Assembly: GCA_963806535.1 (NCBI GenBank)
Contig: CAWDYC010000005.1
Location: 192,001-256,000 of the forward strand
Length of the DNA: 64,000 nt
Direction: 5' to 3'
Origin: Candidatus Bathyarchaeota archaeon
GTDB taxonomy: Archaea; Thermoproteota; Bathyarchaeia; Bathyarchaeales; Bathycorpusculaceae
Shown: in pieces, positions 19,363-29,032 of the stretch
Layout: every line of letters begins with the position of its first letter
How positions within the stretch are numbered: the first letter of the stretch is position 1
Position numbers and translations under genes: made by a program
Notes under the pieces: generated by a model
What the model saw: only the letters and a program-made list of their open reading frames with translations
Databases searched by the model: none
What the model was told of the DNA's origin: nothing

Positions 19363-20433
19363 TTAACGAGAGGTTTCCAGCGAGTAGGGTCCGATCGTAA
19401 GCCTCTCAGCACCTTGCTGAGTTACTAGAACAGTGTCTTCAATTCTGACTCCGCCATATCCTGGGAGATAAATTCCAGGCTCATCTGTCACCAAATTGCC
19501 TGGGGTTAAAATGTCTTTGCTGTCAGGGCTCAGTATAGGTGCTTCATGAATTTCCAAGCCTACCCCATGTCCAAGGTTATGAACAAAATACTCGCCAAAA
19601 CCTGTCGCTTCAATTACATTCCTTGCTGCAGCATCAACCTCTTTTGCCTGAACGTTAGGTTTTATGGTTTCAAAGGCCTTTTGCTGTGATAGCTTCACAG
19701 TCTCATAGATTCTTTTTTGCTTTTCAGAAGCCCTTCCAGCTATGAAGGTTCGAGTCATGTCAGAGCGGTAAAACTTGTAGGTTGCCCCTATATCCACCAC
19801 AACCAAATCGCCATTCTTTATTGTTCGGTCTGAACAGGAACCATGAGGAAACGCTGAGCTCGCACCTGAAGCAATTATTGTTTCAAAAGCCGTTCCGTCT
19901 GACCCCTTTTTGCGCATTGCATATTCAACTTCAGCTGCTATGTCCTTTTCTTTCATGTCAGGAAGGATGGTTTGGGCCGCCACTTTCATACCGATATTTG
20001 TTAATTTGCATGCTTTGCGGATGAGCTGGATTTCCTCCTGGTCTTTCACTTTTCTCAATTCACGAATAAAGTTGTTGGCGGGCTTAAGTTTTTCTTCTCC
20101 GCCGAATATTTTGGCTAATGTTTGCCAAAATTCAATTGAAACTGAATCAACTGCCAGTTTGGTCGTTTTTTTGGGTACTTCATAGTTTGAAATTTTTTCT
20201 ACTAAATTTTCACCGCGTTTAAGGAGTTCCACAATCAAACCGCTTGTTTCTGCTTTTGCTTGCTCATAGTTAACGGCTGAAACATAAAGGATGCTTTCGC
20301 CTTGATCAGGAATTAGAAGCGCTGTCGCTCCGGCAAAGTCTGTGAAGTAAGTTAAGTTGGAACCGTTAAAAATTAGAAAACTATCAAATTTCTCTTTAAC
20401 CATTTTTTGCTGAAGGCAACTTATTCGGTTCAT
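19363..20433 (-). CDS. Xaa-Pro aminopeptidase (M24 family)
   Basis: FPHG, VDIGA, SDMTRT, HNLGHGVGLEIHE, DEPGIY, GVRIEDT. Confidence 0.95.
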   Translation of the reverse strand: MNRISCLQQKMVKEKFDSFLIFNGSNLTYFTDFAGATALLIPDQGESILYVSAVNYEQAKAETSGLIVELLKRGENLVEKISNYEVPKKTTKLAVDSVSIEFWQTLAKIFGGEEKLKPANNFIRELRKVKDQEEIQLIRKACKLTNIGMKVAAQTILPDMKEKDIAAEVEYAMRKKGSDGTAFETIIASGASSAFPHGSCSDRTIKNGDLVVVDIGATYKFYRSDMTRTFIAGRASEKQKRIYETVKLSQQKAFETIKPNVQAKEVDAAARNVIEATGFGEYFVHNLGHGVGLEIHEAPILSPDSKDILTPGNLVTDEPGIYLPGYGGVRIEDTVLVTQQGAERLTIGPYSLETSR

Positions 20434-20610
20434 GGAGTTCGCCTGCTTACCAAAGGGAAATGTTTTGGTAGGTTTAAATTTTCGCTTCTTTCTTGCGTTA
20501 TGTAATTAAAAACAAGTCGTTTTTAGTCGAGAATTTTTAGATGAATTAGCCATTAACTTAATATACGGTTTAGATGACTTCCATAATCAACGATTTGAGG
20601 GGAAAAAAGC

Positions 20611-22500
20611 ATGTTCTCTTATGCTGGAAAAATTTTACATGTTAACCTCACAACAGGCGAAACAAAGACAGAGCCATTATCAGAAGATATGGCTAAAAGT
20701 TACATTGGCGGCATAGGGTTAGGCATACGTCTTCTCATGGACAATTCAAAACCAGGCACAGATGCCTTTGACCCAGATAACCCATTGATTTATTGCACTG
20801 GTCCACTAAGTGGCACCATGGGTCCAACCGCAGGAAACGGCTACGCTGTTGTTTCTAAATCGCCAGCCACAGGCGGAGTAGGTGAAGGAAAAGCACACGG
20901 GTTCTTCGGTCCAGACCTTAAACGTGCAGGATACGACGCAGTCGTCATCAAGGGCAAAGCACCAAAATTATCTTACCTTTGGATTGACGATGACAAAGTT
21001 GAAGTCCGAGACGCAACGTACCTTAAAGGCGCAACCGTTAACGACACAGATAACAAAATCCGAGATGAACTCGGCGACTTTTACATTCGTGTTTCAGCCA
21101 TCGGCGAAGCAGGAGAAAAACTTTGCAGGTTTGCAGCCATAATAAATGACGAGTTCCGCGCTATCGGAAGAAGCGGCATGGGCGGAGTTATGGGCTCAAA
21201 AAACCTCAAAGCAGTTGCTGTCCGTGGAACGCATGACGTTAACGTAGCAAACCTTGAAGGATTCAAAGAATTTATCAAAATGATCCATGAACGCATGAAG
21301 GGTCCAGCAACCAAAAAATACAAGACCTTGGGAACACCCGAAAACGTTTTGGTGCTTAATTCACTCTCAGCCTTAGCCACAAGAAACTGGACTAACGCAA
21401 CTTTTGAAGGAGCAGACAAAGTCAGCGGCGAATACTTAAACGAGCATTATGTAAAGAAAATTGTGGGTTGCGCAACCTGCGGAATGCGTTGCGACCATAT
21501 TGCTGTGGTTCCAGAAGGACCATACAAGGGCTCAACTTCAAGGCTTGAGTTCGAATGCCTTTGGAGCATGGGACCACTTTGTGGTGTTGACCGATTAGAT
21601 GCAGTTATTGAAGCAATGCGAATCGTCAATGAGTACGGAATGGACGGCATTTCCATTGGCGTCGTTGTTGCATTTGCGATGGATCTCTATGAACATGGCA
21701 TAATAACAAAAGAACAAACTGATGGAATCGACCTTCGCTTCGGAAATGCCGAAGCCTTAATCGCCATGATACATAAAATTGGCAAACGTGAAGGCTGGCT
21801 TGGCAACATCCTTGCTGAAGGAGTAGCTAAAGCTGCTGAATTAATCGGCGGAGACGCATACAAATACGCTTGCCACATCAAAGGCTTAGAACTGCCTGGC
21901 TACGATTTGCGAACATTAAAGACTGCGGCGCTTGGCTTCAGCGTCAGCTTCCGCGGTGCGTGCCACCTAAGAAACGGAGCTTACTCACCAGACGTGAAAG
22001 GCAAAGTAAACCGTTTCAAAATTGAGAAAGGCAGGGGCAAAATGATTACTGATGAAAGTCTCATGTATAACATCATTGACTCACTTATAGTATGCAAATT
22101 CAGCAGAGGCACATACTACGACGGCTGGAAAGATCTATCTAACTACTACACTTTAGCCACAGGTATCCCAATTACAGTCGAAGAAATGGCCAAAGCCGGA
22201 GACAGAATCGAAAACTTAGCCAGGCTCTTCAACATTCGAGAAGGCAAAGGCACACGCAAATACGACGACGTACCATACAAGATAAAGAATTTTCCAGTAC
22301 CTGATGAGGGACCAGCCAAAGGCGTTTGTGTCAGTGATGAAGAAATGGCTGTAGGCTTAGATGACTATTACGCTTCAAGAGGATGGACAGTTGAAGGCAT
22401 TCCAACAATTGAGCGCTTGCAACAAGTAGGTTTGGGCGAATTAGCATACATCGCAGAGAACGCAATGAAAGCTGAAGCAATGGTTCAAGGAGGAAACTAA
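20611..22500 (+). CDS. tungsten aldehyde:ferredoxin oxidoreductase (AOR family)
   Basis: SKSPATG, GRSGMGGVMGSKNLKA, CATCGMRC, RGACH, DSLIVCKF, YYASRGW. Confidence 0.95.
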   Translation: MFSYAGKILHVNLTTGETKTEPLSEDMAKSYIGGIGLGIRLLMDNSKPGTDAFDPDNPLIYCTGPLSGTMGPTAGNGYAVVSKSPATGGVGEGKAHGFFGPDLKRAGYDAVVIKGKAPKLSYLWIDDDKVEVRDATYLKGATVNDTDNKIRDELGDFYIRVSAIGEAGEKLCRFAAIINDEFRAIGRSGMGGVMGSKNLKAVAVRGTHDVNVANLEGFKEFIKMIHERMKGPATKKYKTLGTPENVLVLNSLSALATRNWTNATFEGADKVSGEYLNEHYVKKIVGCATCGMRCDHIAVVPEGPYKGSTSRLEFECLWSMGPLCGVDRLDAVIEAMRIVNEYGMDGISIGVVVAFAMDLYEHGIITKEQTDGIDLRFGNAEALIAMIHKIGKREGWLGNILAEGVAKAAELIGGDAYKYACHIKGLELPGYDLRTLKTAALGFSVSFRGACHLRNGAYSPDVKGKVNRFKIEKGRGKMITDESLMYNIIDSLIVCKFSRGTYYDGWKDLSNYYTLATGIPITVEEMAKAGDRIENLARLFNIREGKGTRKYDDVPYKIKNFPVPDEGPAKGVCVSDEEMAVGLDDYYASRGWTVEGIPTIERLQQVGLGELAYIAENAMKAEAMVQGGN

Positions 22501-22501
22501 A

Positions 22502-23014
22502 TTGGTGCGACCACAAGACAGAAAATTCGTAACGGCCGACCCCGAGAAATGTATTGGCTGCTGTGTTTGCGAATATGCTTGCAGCATGGTGAACGAGAAA
22601 ACCTTCAATCCTACTAAATCACGCATTCGCGCAATGCGCATGGGACCGCTAGTAAACTTGGCTATTACTTGCCGCCACTGCGAAGAACCAGCTTGCGTCG
22701 CTGCATGCCCAAGAGATGCACTTACTCAGGAAGAGAATAGCGGCATTATCCGTGTCGACGAACAAGCTTGTAACGGCTGCGGATGGTGCATAAGCGCATG
22801 CCAATTTGGCGCAATGAACATGCATCCAGAAAAGAAAATCGTGTTCACCTGCAACAGCTGCACAGACAACGAGACAAAAGAACCACAATGCGTCAAATGG
22901 TGCCCTGAAGAAGCATTAAGCTACGTTAGCGCAGAAACACTATCACAAAAGTACCGGCAGAAAGCTGTTAAGAACTTGTTCCAAACAGCAGAAGCCGAAG
23001 CCAAATCAAAATAA
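22502..23014 (+). CDS. 4Fe-4S dicluster (polyferredoxin) subunit of AOR
   Basis: CIGCCVCEYAC, CRHCEEPACVAACP, CNGCGWCISAC, CNSC...CVKWCP. Starts 1 nt after the AOR stop. Confidence 0.93.
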   Translation: MVRPQDRKFVTADPEKCIGCCVCEYACSMVNEKTFNPTKSRIRAMRMGPLVNLAITCRHCEEPACVAACPRDALTQEENSGIIRVDEQACNGCGWCISACQFGAMNMHPEKKIVFTCNSCTDNETKEPQCVKWCPEEALSYVSAETLSQKYRQKAVKNLFQTAEAEAKSK

Positions 23015-23030
23015 ATAAAAACACTTAATA

Positions 23031-23064
23031 GCGCTTTTTTTAGCGCAAGTTCTTAATTTTTTTT
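23031..23064 (+). terminator. putative terminator between convergent genes
   Basis: GCGCT-T6-AGCGC hairpin followed by a T8 run. Confidence 0.45.
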
Positions 23065-23080
23065 GTTTTCATTTCGGAAT

Positions 23081-25147
23081 TTAATTTGTTTTAGCTATGG
23101 CACCTTTAGTGTACGGTACAAACTCTCTAATTTGCTCAATCGAAGTTTTCCCAGCTTTTTCCCGCTGCTCTTTTGAAAGCTTAAACGTTAATGACTTGAG
23201 AATTTGTTTCAAAAGATCTTTCCCTTGAGTGTCCCCCGGCGATAAGACTACAAATGCTTTGGTTTTTGCTTTGACTGCATCCACGGGTCCACCGACATAA
23301 CTTGCTTCTTCAGAGACAATTATCCCAACAGCCGTTTTAAGAGGCACATTTCGCGTCCAATTCCGTTTGCCGACAACGGCAAAAGCGCCGTGGGGAACAG
23401 ATTCGCCTGAAGGCCCACTCTTGCTTAGCTGATCAACTTTAACCCAGTAAACATCCGCTGAACCAGCATTTTCACGCCAAGCCCGCGAAAAAGACGCCGC
23501 AAACTCTCCAGCTTCATGAAGCGTCTGGTCACTTATCGTTTTGCCCTCAGCTTTAACAACGACAAACGGCGCACCTGAAATTTCAGCATGAAAAACCACA
23601 TCCTCCTGGGCAGCGTACTTCTTAACAAGCACTTCGTTGCTCACTGTATCTTTGCCAGCGACCACCAAGAAACCGTCAGAAGAGGTAAACCAATGGAACT
23701 TTTCAAACCACTCCTTATTCTCCATCTCAACCTTTCGTTTCGAGAGAGCTTCCATAATTTCCGCTGGCTTAAGGTTCTTCAAGGCTTCAGCATCGCTTAG
23801 CTCTTTCTCGATTTTTGCTAATTTTTTCCGTGAATCCTCCAACGCAGTTAATGCGCCATCAGATTTCTGTTTGGCTTTTTTGCCGCGATCATAATATTCT
23901 GCTGCATTATCAAAAAGGGAATTCCTCAAAGCGAAGCTAAAATGAAAGTTGTCCATAAAGAGGTTTAATGCAAGGTTTTTGCCGTCAAACCCTTCGATGT
24001 ACGCTTCAGGTATTTTTCCTGTTTTCTTTGCAACTAACGCATCTGCGATTACAGTGTTCCAATCTTTGCCTTGTTGATTGGCTTTTAGGAGTTTTTCTTG
24101 GAATGTTTGGAGTTCGCTATAGTGAGCATAGATGGTGTCGCCGATTAGTTTGTCACGTTCAGCTTTAGCTTCATCCTCATGAATGGATTTTTCCTGTTCA
24201 GCCACGACACGTCGCAGCCGTTCAGCCTCTCTTTTTAACTTGTCAACTTCAACACGGTCAATCGCCCTTTCAGCAACAGTTACTCTCAGGTAAAACTCAT
24301 CTAAAGCCTGATTAAACGAATCGTAAATTTGTGTTTTGAAGCCTTCATAACGCTTAAGCTTGAGAGGTACAACATCCAAGAAATCGCCGTCTTCACCCAG
24401 AACAATGCATGGCTCCAAATGCTTACTTGAAATAGGCAAAAGCAAATCTTGAAGCGACCCAAAAATGCCCTCAATTTCACCTTTTGATATGGTGTTGGCT
24501 GCTTTAGTTTTTTCTACTTTGGCCCTGAGAAGGATTTCTTCAGCGTAAACTCCGCCCACACCCAAGAAACGAGCTATTGACCTAACAACTTCAGTTTCTC
24601 CTGCGTTTTTTAGGTTTTCTTCCAACTCAATTTGGGTTACTCTAAAAGGGTTTTTGCTGATTGATGGCGGAAGCTGAAGAACTACATTGTGAAGGATGTC
24701 ACGGTCACGCATTTTTTTGAAAGCCAAAGCGTGAATGATCACATTTTGTTCGTTTGTTAATATGATGTTGCCTTCACCGAAAAGCTCTACAACAAGCTTT
24801 AACAAACCAGTTTTTGTGCGGAAGCCAACAGTTACTATCCTTTCAAACTCATACTGATCAATCCCAGCCACCCAAGCGCTACGTAAATATTTTCTCAGAG
24901 CCATACAGAATGCTGGTGGTTCAGACGGGTTTTCTTCAGCATAACTAGTGGCGTGTAATCTTCGGCCTGCTTCAATAACTAATCTAATCGGTGGAGTGTC
25001 TGTCTTGTGGAGCTTAAACACTAAGGTTTTTTCATCAAGTTGGTAGATATTGTTCACTCTGGAATCTGCGATTACCCCTTTTAGTTCTTGGATTGCCGCG
25101 GCAATATCAAAGCTAGAGAAGTCTTTTTTTTGCAATACACCCATCAA
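23081..25147 (-). CDS. rqcH: ribosome quality control NEMF/Rqc2 homologue (NFACT family)
   Basis: FSSFDI, PPAFCMALRKYL, ELFGEGNIIL, WFEKFHWF.SSDGFLVVAGKD, FHAEISGAP, HGAFAVVGKRNW. Confidence 0.92.
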   Translation of the reverse strand: MMGVLQKKDFSSFDIAAAIQELKGVIADSRVNNIYQLDEKTLVFKLHKTDTPPIRLVIEAGRRLHATSYAEENPSEPPAFCMALRKYLRSAWVAGIDQYEFERIVTVGFRTKTGLLKLVVELFGEGNIILTNEQNVIIHALAFKKMRDRDILHNVVLQLPPSISKNPFRVTQIELEENLKNAGETEVVRSIARFLGVGGVYAEEILLRAKVEKTKAANTISKGEIEGIFGSLQDLLLPISSKHLEPCIVLGEDGDFLDVVPLKLKRYEGFKTQIYDSFNQALDEFYLRVTVAERAIDRVEVDKLKREAERLRRVVAEQEKSIHEDEAKAERDKLIGDTIYAHYSELQTFQEKLLKANQQGKDWNTVIADALVAKKTGKIPEAYIEGFDGKNLALNLFMDNFHFSFALRNSLFDNAAEYYDRGKKAKQKSDGALTALEDSRKKLAKIEKELSDAEALKNLKPAEIMEALSKRKVEMENKEWFEKFHWFTSSDGFLVVAGKDTVSNEVLVKKYAAQEDVVFHAEISGAPFVVVKAEGKTISDQTLHEAGEFAASFSRAWRENAGSADVYWVKVDQLSKSGPSGESVPHGAFAVVGKRNWTRNVPLKTAVGIIVSEEASYVGGPVDAVKAKTKAFVVLSPGDTQGKDLLKQILKSLTFKLSKEQREKAGKTSIEQIREFVPYTKGAIAKTN

Positions 25148-25309
25148 CTGTTGAAATCTATTAATGGAACTTGACTATAAAATAACCTTTCACTAGAAAA
25201 AGTGACAATTCAGATGGCGGTGGCTTTTTGGGAGCAGAAACGATTAATATCTAGGCATCTTTTTTAAGTAAGAACAAAAATATAGTCAACTCGAAGGATT
25301 AGATTCGAC

Positions 25310-25609
25310 ATGACACCAATAACGCAGCTTTACTGGATAAGAGTCATCTTAGGCATAATCTCAGGAGCAATAAGTGCAGTCTTAGTTATCTTACTAAATA
25401 CTCCAAAAGACATTACCTCTTTAGTCAACGGTTTTACAATAGCCCTAATACTGTACCTGGTAACTTACTACATTTTGAAAGCATCATTTAAGAATAAGAT
25501 CGAAAAACAAGGAAAAATATTAAGCACAGCAATAGCGATGTACTTTTTCTCCTGGCTATCATTCTTCGTACTGTTTTATACGATAATTTGGGTAGCTACA
25601 GGCCATTAA
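25310..25609 (+). CDS. small 3-TM membrane protein, EMC6/Rab5ip-like
   Basis: YWIRVILGIISGAISA...YLVTYY...YFFSWLSFFVLFY, 3-TM layout recognised by eye. Confidence 0.7.
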   Translation: MTPITQLYWIRVILGIISGAISAVLVILLNTPKDITSLVNGFTIALILYLVTYYILKASFKNKIEKQGKILSTAIAMYFFSWLSFFVLFYTIIWVATGH

Positions 25610-25618
25610 ACAAGTTTT

Positions 25619-26080
25619 TTATTCGTTTTCGTTTTTCTGGAAAAAATTAGCGATTGTAGCTTGACTCTTGTCACTTCTCACGGTCTCTATTTTTTCCTCT
25701 CCACTCGCCGCTTTCTCGATGCTGTTTTGTGGAGGTGCGATTTCCATGCGTGTTAAAATTCGCATGCAATCTGCCCATGCAGAGAAGTATCCTCGGTCAA
25801 AATCTCCATGTAAACCATTACGCATGTGATCAAGAAACTCTTTCCTGTAAGCGTGCAGATTTACTTTGTCACTTAAATCGAGCTTTGTAAAGAAAGCATA
25901 GTCATCATTGCTGTTTTTGCGTGAAAGATACATTCCGTATAAAGCTCGGAAGTATCCCCTGTTCCAATCGGTTTTCTGCATTTTCTGTTTGACTCTTTCC
26001 AACTCTCGTTCAGCTTCAGTGAATTGTCTGCTGACTATGAGTTGGAAATACCTTGCAACTAGGGCTTGTGGTATAGGCAT
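25619..26080 (-). CDS. hypothetical helical protein with C-terminal PIP box, downstream of radA
   Basis: Starts 2 nt after the radA stop. QATIANFF near the C-terminus. Confidence 0.85.
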   Translation of the reverse strand: MPIPQALVARYFQLIVSRQFTEAERELERVKQKMQKTDWNRGYFRALYGMYLSRKNSNDDYAFFTKLDLSDKVNLHAYRKEFLDHMRNGLHGDFDRGYFSAWADCMRILTRMEIAPPQNSIEKAASGEEKIETVRSDKSQATIANFFQKNENE

Positions 26081-26082
26081 AT

Positions 26083-27162
26083 TTACCGTCGACTCTTGCT
26101 TGCTTTCTCAGCTTTCTCTTCTTCTGAGACATCCTCTATACCGTTCTCTGTTACTTTAATTATTTCCTCTCCCTCGGGCAAATAGGGGCTTGAAACTAGT
26201 CTTGCAATTCGTATAGGTCCATGAGGCGCTCTGCGGAGGTAGATGCGTGTGTGACTTGTGTGACCGACGATGTTACCGCCTATGGGGTGAATTGCGTCGC
26301 CGAAAAATTGGTCGGGTTTTGCCATTACTTGGTTAGTTACGACCGCCACAGCGTTGAATGCTCTAGCTAAAGCAATTAGTTTATGCATGTGTTTATTGAG
26401 TTTTTGCTGCCTTGAAGCCAACATTTCTCTTCCGAGATATTCACTTCGGAAATGCGCTGTTAACGAATCAACTATAATTAATTTGATGTTGTTTGCCTTA
26501 ATTATTTCGTCAGCGTTTTCAAGTAGGAACATTTGGTGATCTGAAGTGTACGCTTCAGCGTAAATGATGTTTTTAACTACTGTTTCAGGATCTAACCCTA
26601 AGAATTTAGCCATCTGCACTATACGTTCAAGCCTGAAAGTGTTTTCTGTATCCACATACAAAGCTCCCCCATTAAGTCCCCCTCTTTCAGGCGGAAGTTG
26701 AACGTTCACGCATAATTGATGGCACATCTGGCTTTTTCCACTGCCATATTCACCGTAAAATTCTGTTATGGTTTGTGTTTCTAAGCCGTCACCCACAACT
26801 TTGTCTAAGGCTTTGCTGCCTGTGCTTAGTCGCAGAACGTTTTTGCGCATTTTGAAAAGTTCATCTGCGCGGATGAAGGAAATGCCGATGGCTGATCGTG
26901 CTGCTTCAATAATTTGGAACGCCTTTTTTTCGCTTACCCCAACCGGTTCAAGTTCCCGCGAGGTAGCCATTGCTAAAGACTCGACAGTGTGGTAACCGAG
27001 TTCTCGGAGTTTCTGGGCCGTGGCGGGTCCAACGCCTGGAAGGTCTTCTATGAATTGGTATTTTTCCTTATTTAGTTCCATTTGTGTTTTTGGGGTTTCA
27101 GATTCTTGTCCTTCATCCTGTTCCCTTTGATTTTCAGCATCTTCTTCAGTCATTAATTCCAC
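26083..27162 (-). CDS. radA: DNA repair and recombination protein RadA
   Basis: LPGVGPATA HhH, GEYGSGKSQ Walker A, YVDTENTFR, IVDSLTAHFRSEY.GR, GGNIVGH. Confidence 0.97.
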   Translation of the reverse strand: MELMTEEDAENQREQDEGQESETPKTQMELNKEKYQFIEDLPGVGPATAQKLRELGYHTVESLAMATSRELEPVGVSEKKAFQIIEAARSAIGISFIRADELFKMRKNVLRLSTGSKALDKVVGDGLETQTITEFYGEYGSGKSQMCHQLCVNVQLPPERGGLNGGALYVDTENTFRLERIVQMAKFLGLDPETVVKNIIYAEAYTSDHQMFLLENADEIIKANNIKLIIVDSLTAHFRSEYLGREMLASRQQKLNKHMHKLIALARAFNAVAVVTNQVMAKPDQFFGDAIHPIGGNIVGHTSHTRIYLRRAPHGPIRIARLVSSPYLPEGEEIIKVTENGIEDVSEEEKAEKASKSRR

Positions 27163-27410
27163 ACTTTGATGATGATGTAATGTTTGGCATATTTAAAACA
27201 ACCGAAGAATGGGGGTTATCTACTGAGTGGAGGGGTGAGTGAAAGTGAACCCATGAGAAGTTATCTTTTCTAGGATAAAAAGGCTATAACCTGTTTGAGC
27301 GCAATATGGGATTCTATTTGGCTCATCTATTGAACCCTAGGATGCAGCGAGGGAGATAAAGAAGTAGACAGCAAGGAGAAACCAGAGCCCAAACCCGCAT
27401 TTGTAATTTT

Positions 27411-27460
27411 AGTAAAGAAATCTTGACTAAAAAAATTTGTTTAGTCAAGAAACCTTGACA
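27411..27460 (+). promoter_or_regulatory. tandem palindromic operator AGT(C/A)AAG-AAA(T/C)-CTTGAC(T/A), 2 copies 32 bp apart, upstream of TATA-like TTTATT
   Basis: AGTAAAGAAATCTTGACT (27411-27428) and AGTCAAGAAACCTTGACA (27443-27460). Confidence 0.65.
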
Positions 27461-27506
27461 AAAAATCTTTTATTGCTAAGACCAGCAAACAAAAAGTAGT
27501 GGAAAA

Positions 27507-27914
27507 ATGAAAAAAATTACGGCCGCAGCAATGCTCAGCATAATCTTAGTAACAGCTGCTCTCTTAATTTTTGCACCAAATAAAACCGCTGAAAAAACCA
27601 TTGTTTATGACAGCATGAACAATAAAACTGCGTTACAAGTTTCGCCATCTGTCCCAACAAGTAGCCCAACGGCAAATTTATCACAGACGCAACAACCAAC
27701 GTCTATCGAGGGGCTCCAAAAGATTCAGTTATCACACAATGAAAAAGCCCTGCCTTTACCTTCGCCATTTGTGGTTGCCGTCTTCATAATCGGTTCAGTC
27801 GCAGTATTCGGTTTGATTTTGTCGCTTTGCCTCAGAAAACGCAATAAGAGCAAAAACTCCGAAAGCTCTCATGCAACTCGAATTGCAACTTCTCACAGAA
27901 AATTAGAAGACTAA
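27507..27914 (+). CDS. small surface protein (signal peptide, S/T/P/Q linker, C-terminal TM)
   Basis: Two hydrophobic termini, RKR tail. Confidence 0.7.
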   Translation: MKKITAAAMLSIILVTAALLIFAPNKTAEKTIVYDSMNNKTALQVSPSVPTSSPTANLSQTQQPTSIEGLQKIQLSHNEKALPLPSPFVVAVFIIGSVAVFGLILSLCLRKRNKSKNSESSHATRIATSHRKLED

Positions 27915-27947
27915 AATCAATTTTGATTTAAAATAAAAAAATGAAGG

Positions 27948-28229
27948 TTATTCTTTACATTCTTTGAGGCTGCGGAGTTCCTCCATTGTCTGATTCAAGA
28001 TTGCTTTGTCCTGATAAGACTCAATAGTGGAAACAGGTAAACAAACCACAACTTTCCCAAGTAATGGCCTCTTGAATCCCAAAAATCTAGTCGCTTCGTC
28101 AGTTAAGCCAATGTAAAAATTCTTTATTTGCCAGGTAGTCATGTCTAATTCAGCGCTTTCTACTTCGCCAAGGAGAACTGAATCAGATGTGTATGCTTTT
28201 TTCCAGAATAATCTGCTAATTTCAACCAT
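27948..28229 (-). CDS. PRC-barrel domain protein
   Basis: KKAYTSDSVLLGEVESAELDMTTWQI...LPVSTIESYQDKAIL. Confidence 0.75.
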   Translation of the reverse strand: MVEISRLFWKKAYTSDSVLLGEVESAELDMTTWQIKNFYIGLTDEATRFLGFKRPLLGKVVVCLPVSTIESYQDKAILNQTMEELRSLKECKE

Positions 28230-28337
28230 AACAAGACCTTGATAGTTATTTTATTAGCGCTTCTTATATTTGTTTTTCATTAATGAAGTTCAGAATCCTT
28301 TTTTAATATAAAAAACGTTAGTTGTAATTGGTAAATT

Positions 28338-28724
28338 ATGACTGCTTCTCAAAAAGAAACCGCTAAAAAGTTTACTCCAGAAGAGGAACGCATAATATCA
28401 GGCAAAGGCACTGAAACGCCCTTTACCGGCAAATATTTTGCTTTTTGGGAAAAAGGCACCTACGTTTGTAAGCGCTGCGGAGCAAAACTTTACCGTTCAG
28501 AAAATAAGTTTGAAGCAAACTGCGGTTGGCCAAGCTTTGATGAAGAAATTCCAGGCGCGGTTAAGCGGCTGCCTGACCCAGACGGGGTGCGGACTGAAAT
28601 TGAATGCGCTAACTGTGGGGCTCATTTAGGTCATGTTTTTGTGGGCGAGCATTTCACAGGAAAAGATACAAGGCATTGTGTGAATTCGATTTCGATGGAT
28701 TTTATTCCAGACAAAAAAGAATAA
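28338..28724 (+). CDS. msrB: peptide-methionine (R)-S-oxide reductase
   Basis: GTETPFTG, CKRC, CGWPSF, RTEIECANCGAHLGHVF, RHCVNS. Confidence 0.95.
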   Translation: MTASQKETAKKFTPEEERIISGKGTETPFTGKYFAFWEKGTYVCKRCGAKLYRSENKFEANCGWPSFDEEIPGAVKRLPDPDGVRTEIECANCGAHLGHVFVGEHFTGKDTRHCVNSISMDFIPDKKE

Positions 28725-28729
28725 GATGT

Positions 28730-28755
28730 GCGACCATTTTTTGGGTTGCTTTTTT
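28730..28755 (+). terminator. putative terminator of msrB
   Basis: GCGACC...GGTTGC hairpin plus T6 immediately after the stop. Confidence 0.5.
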
Positions 28756-29032
28756 GGTTTAGAGTTTGAATTGTTTTCTGACTGGTGTGAAAAACAGTTT
28801 TTTCTTTAATAGAAGAAGAAAGTCGGAAGTAGCAAGTTTGTTCTTCTTCTTCCTCGAAAACTCGATATTCAAACAAACCATTTCCTTAAGAGAAAAACAA
28901 CAGTCGCAGGGCAGCATATGTTGTTCTTCTACTCTTCTGCTTGTTGTTTTTTCTCTTCTGTTTGAGGTTTGACCAAAAGATAAAGAAAGGCGCCATATCT
29001 TCAATAAGTATTGTTTAAGGTGAAAAAGTTAG

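Noticed and set aside
28631-29004. Overlapping short ORFs between msrB and the cupin gene
   Set aside because: Low-complexity purine/pyrimidine tract with no consistent frame. A frameshifted small gene cannot be excluded but is unsupported.
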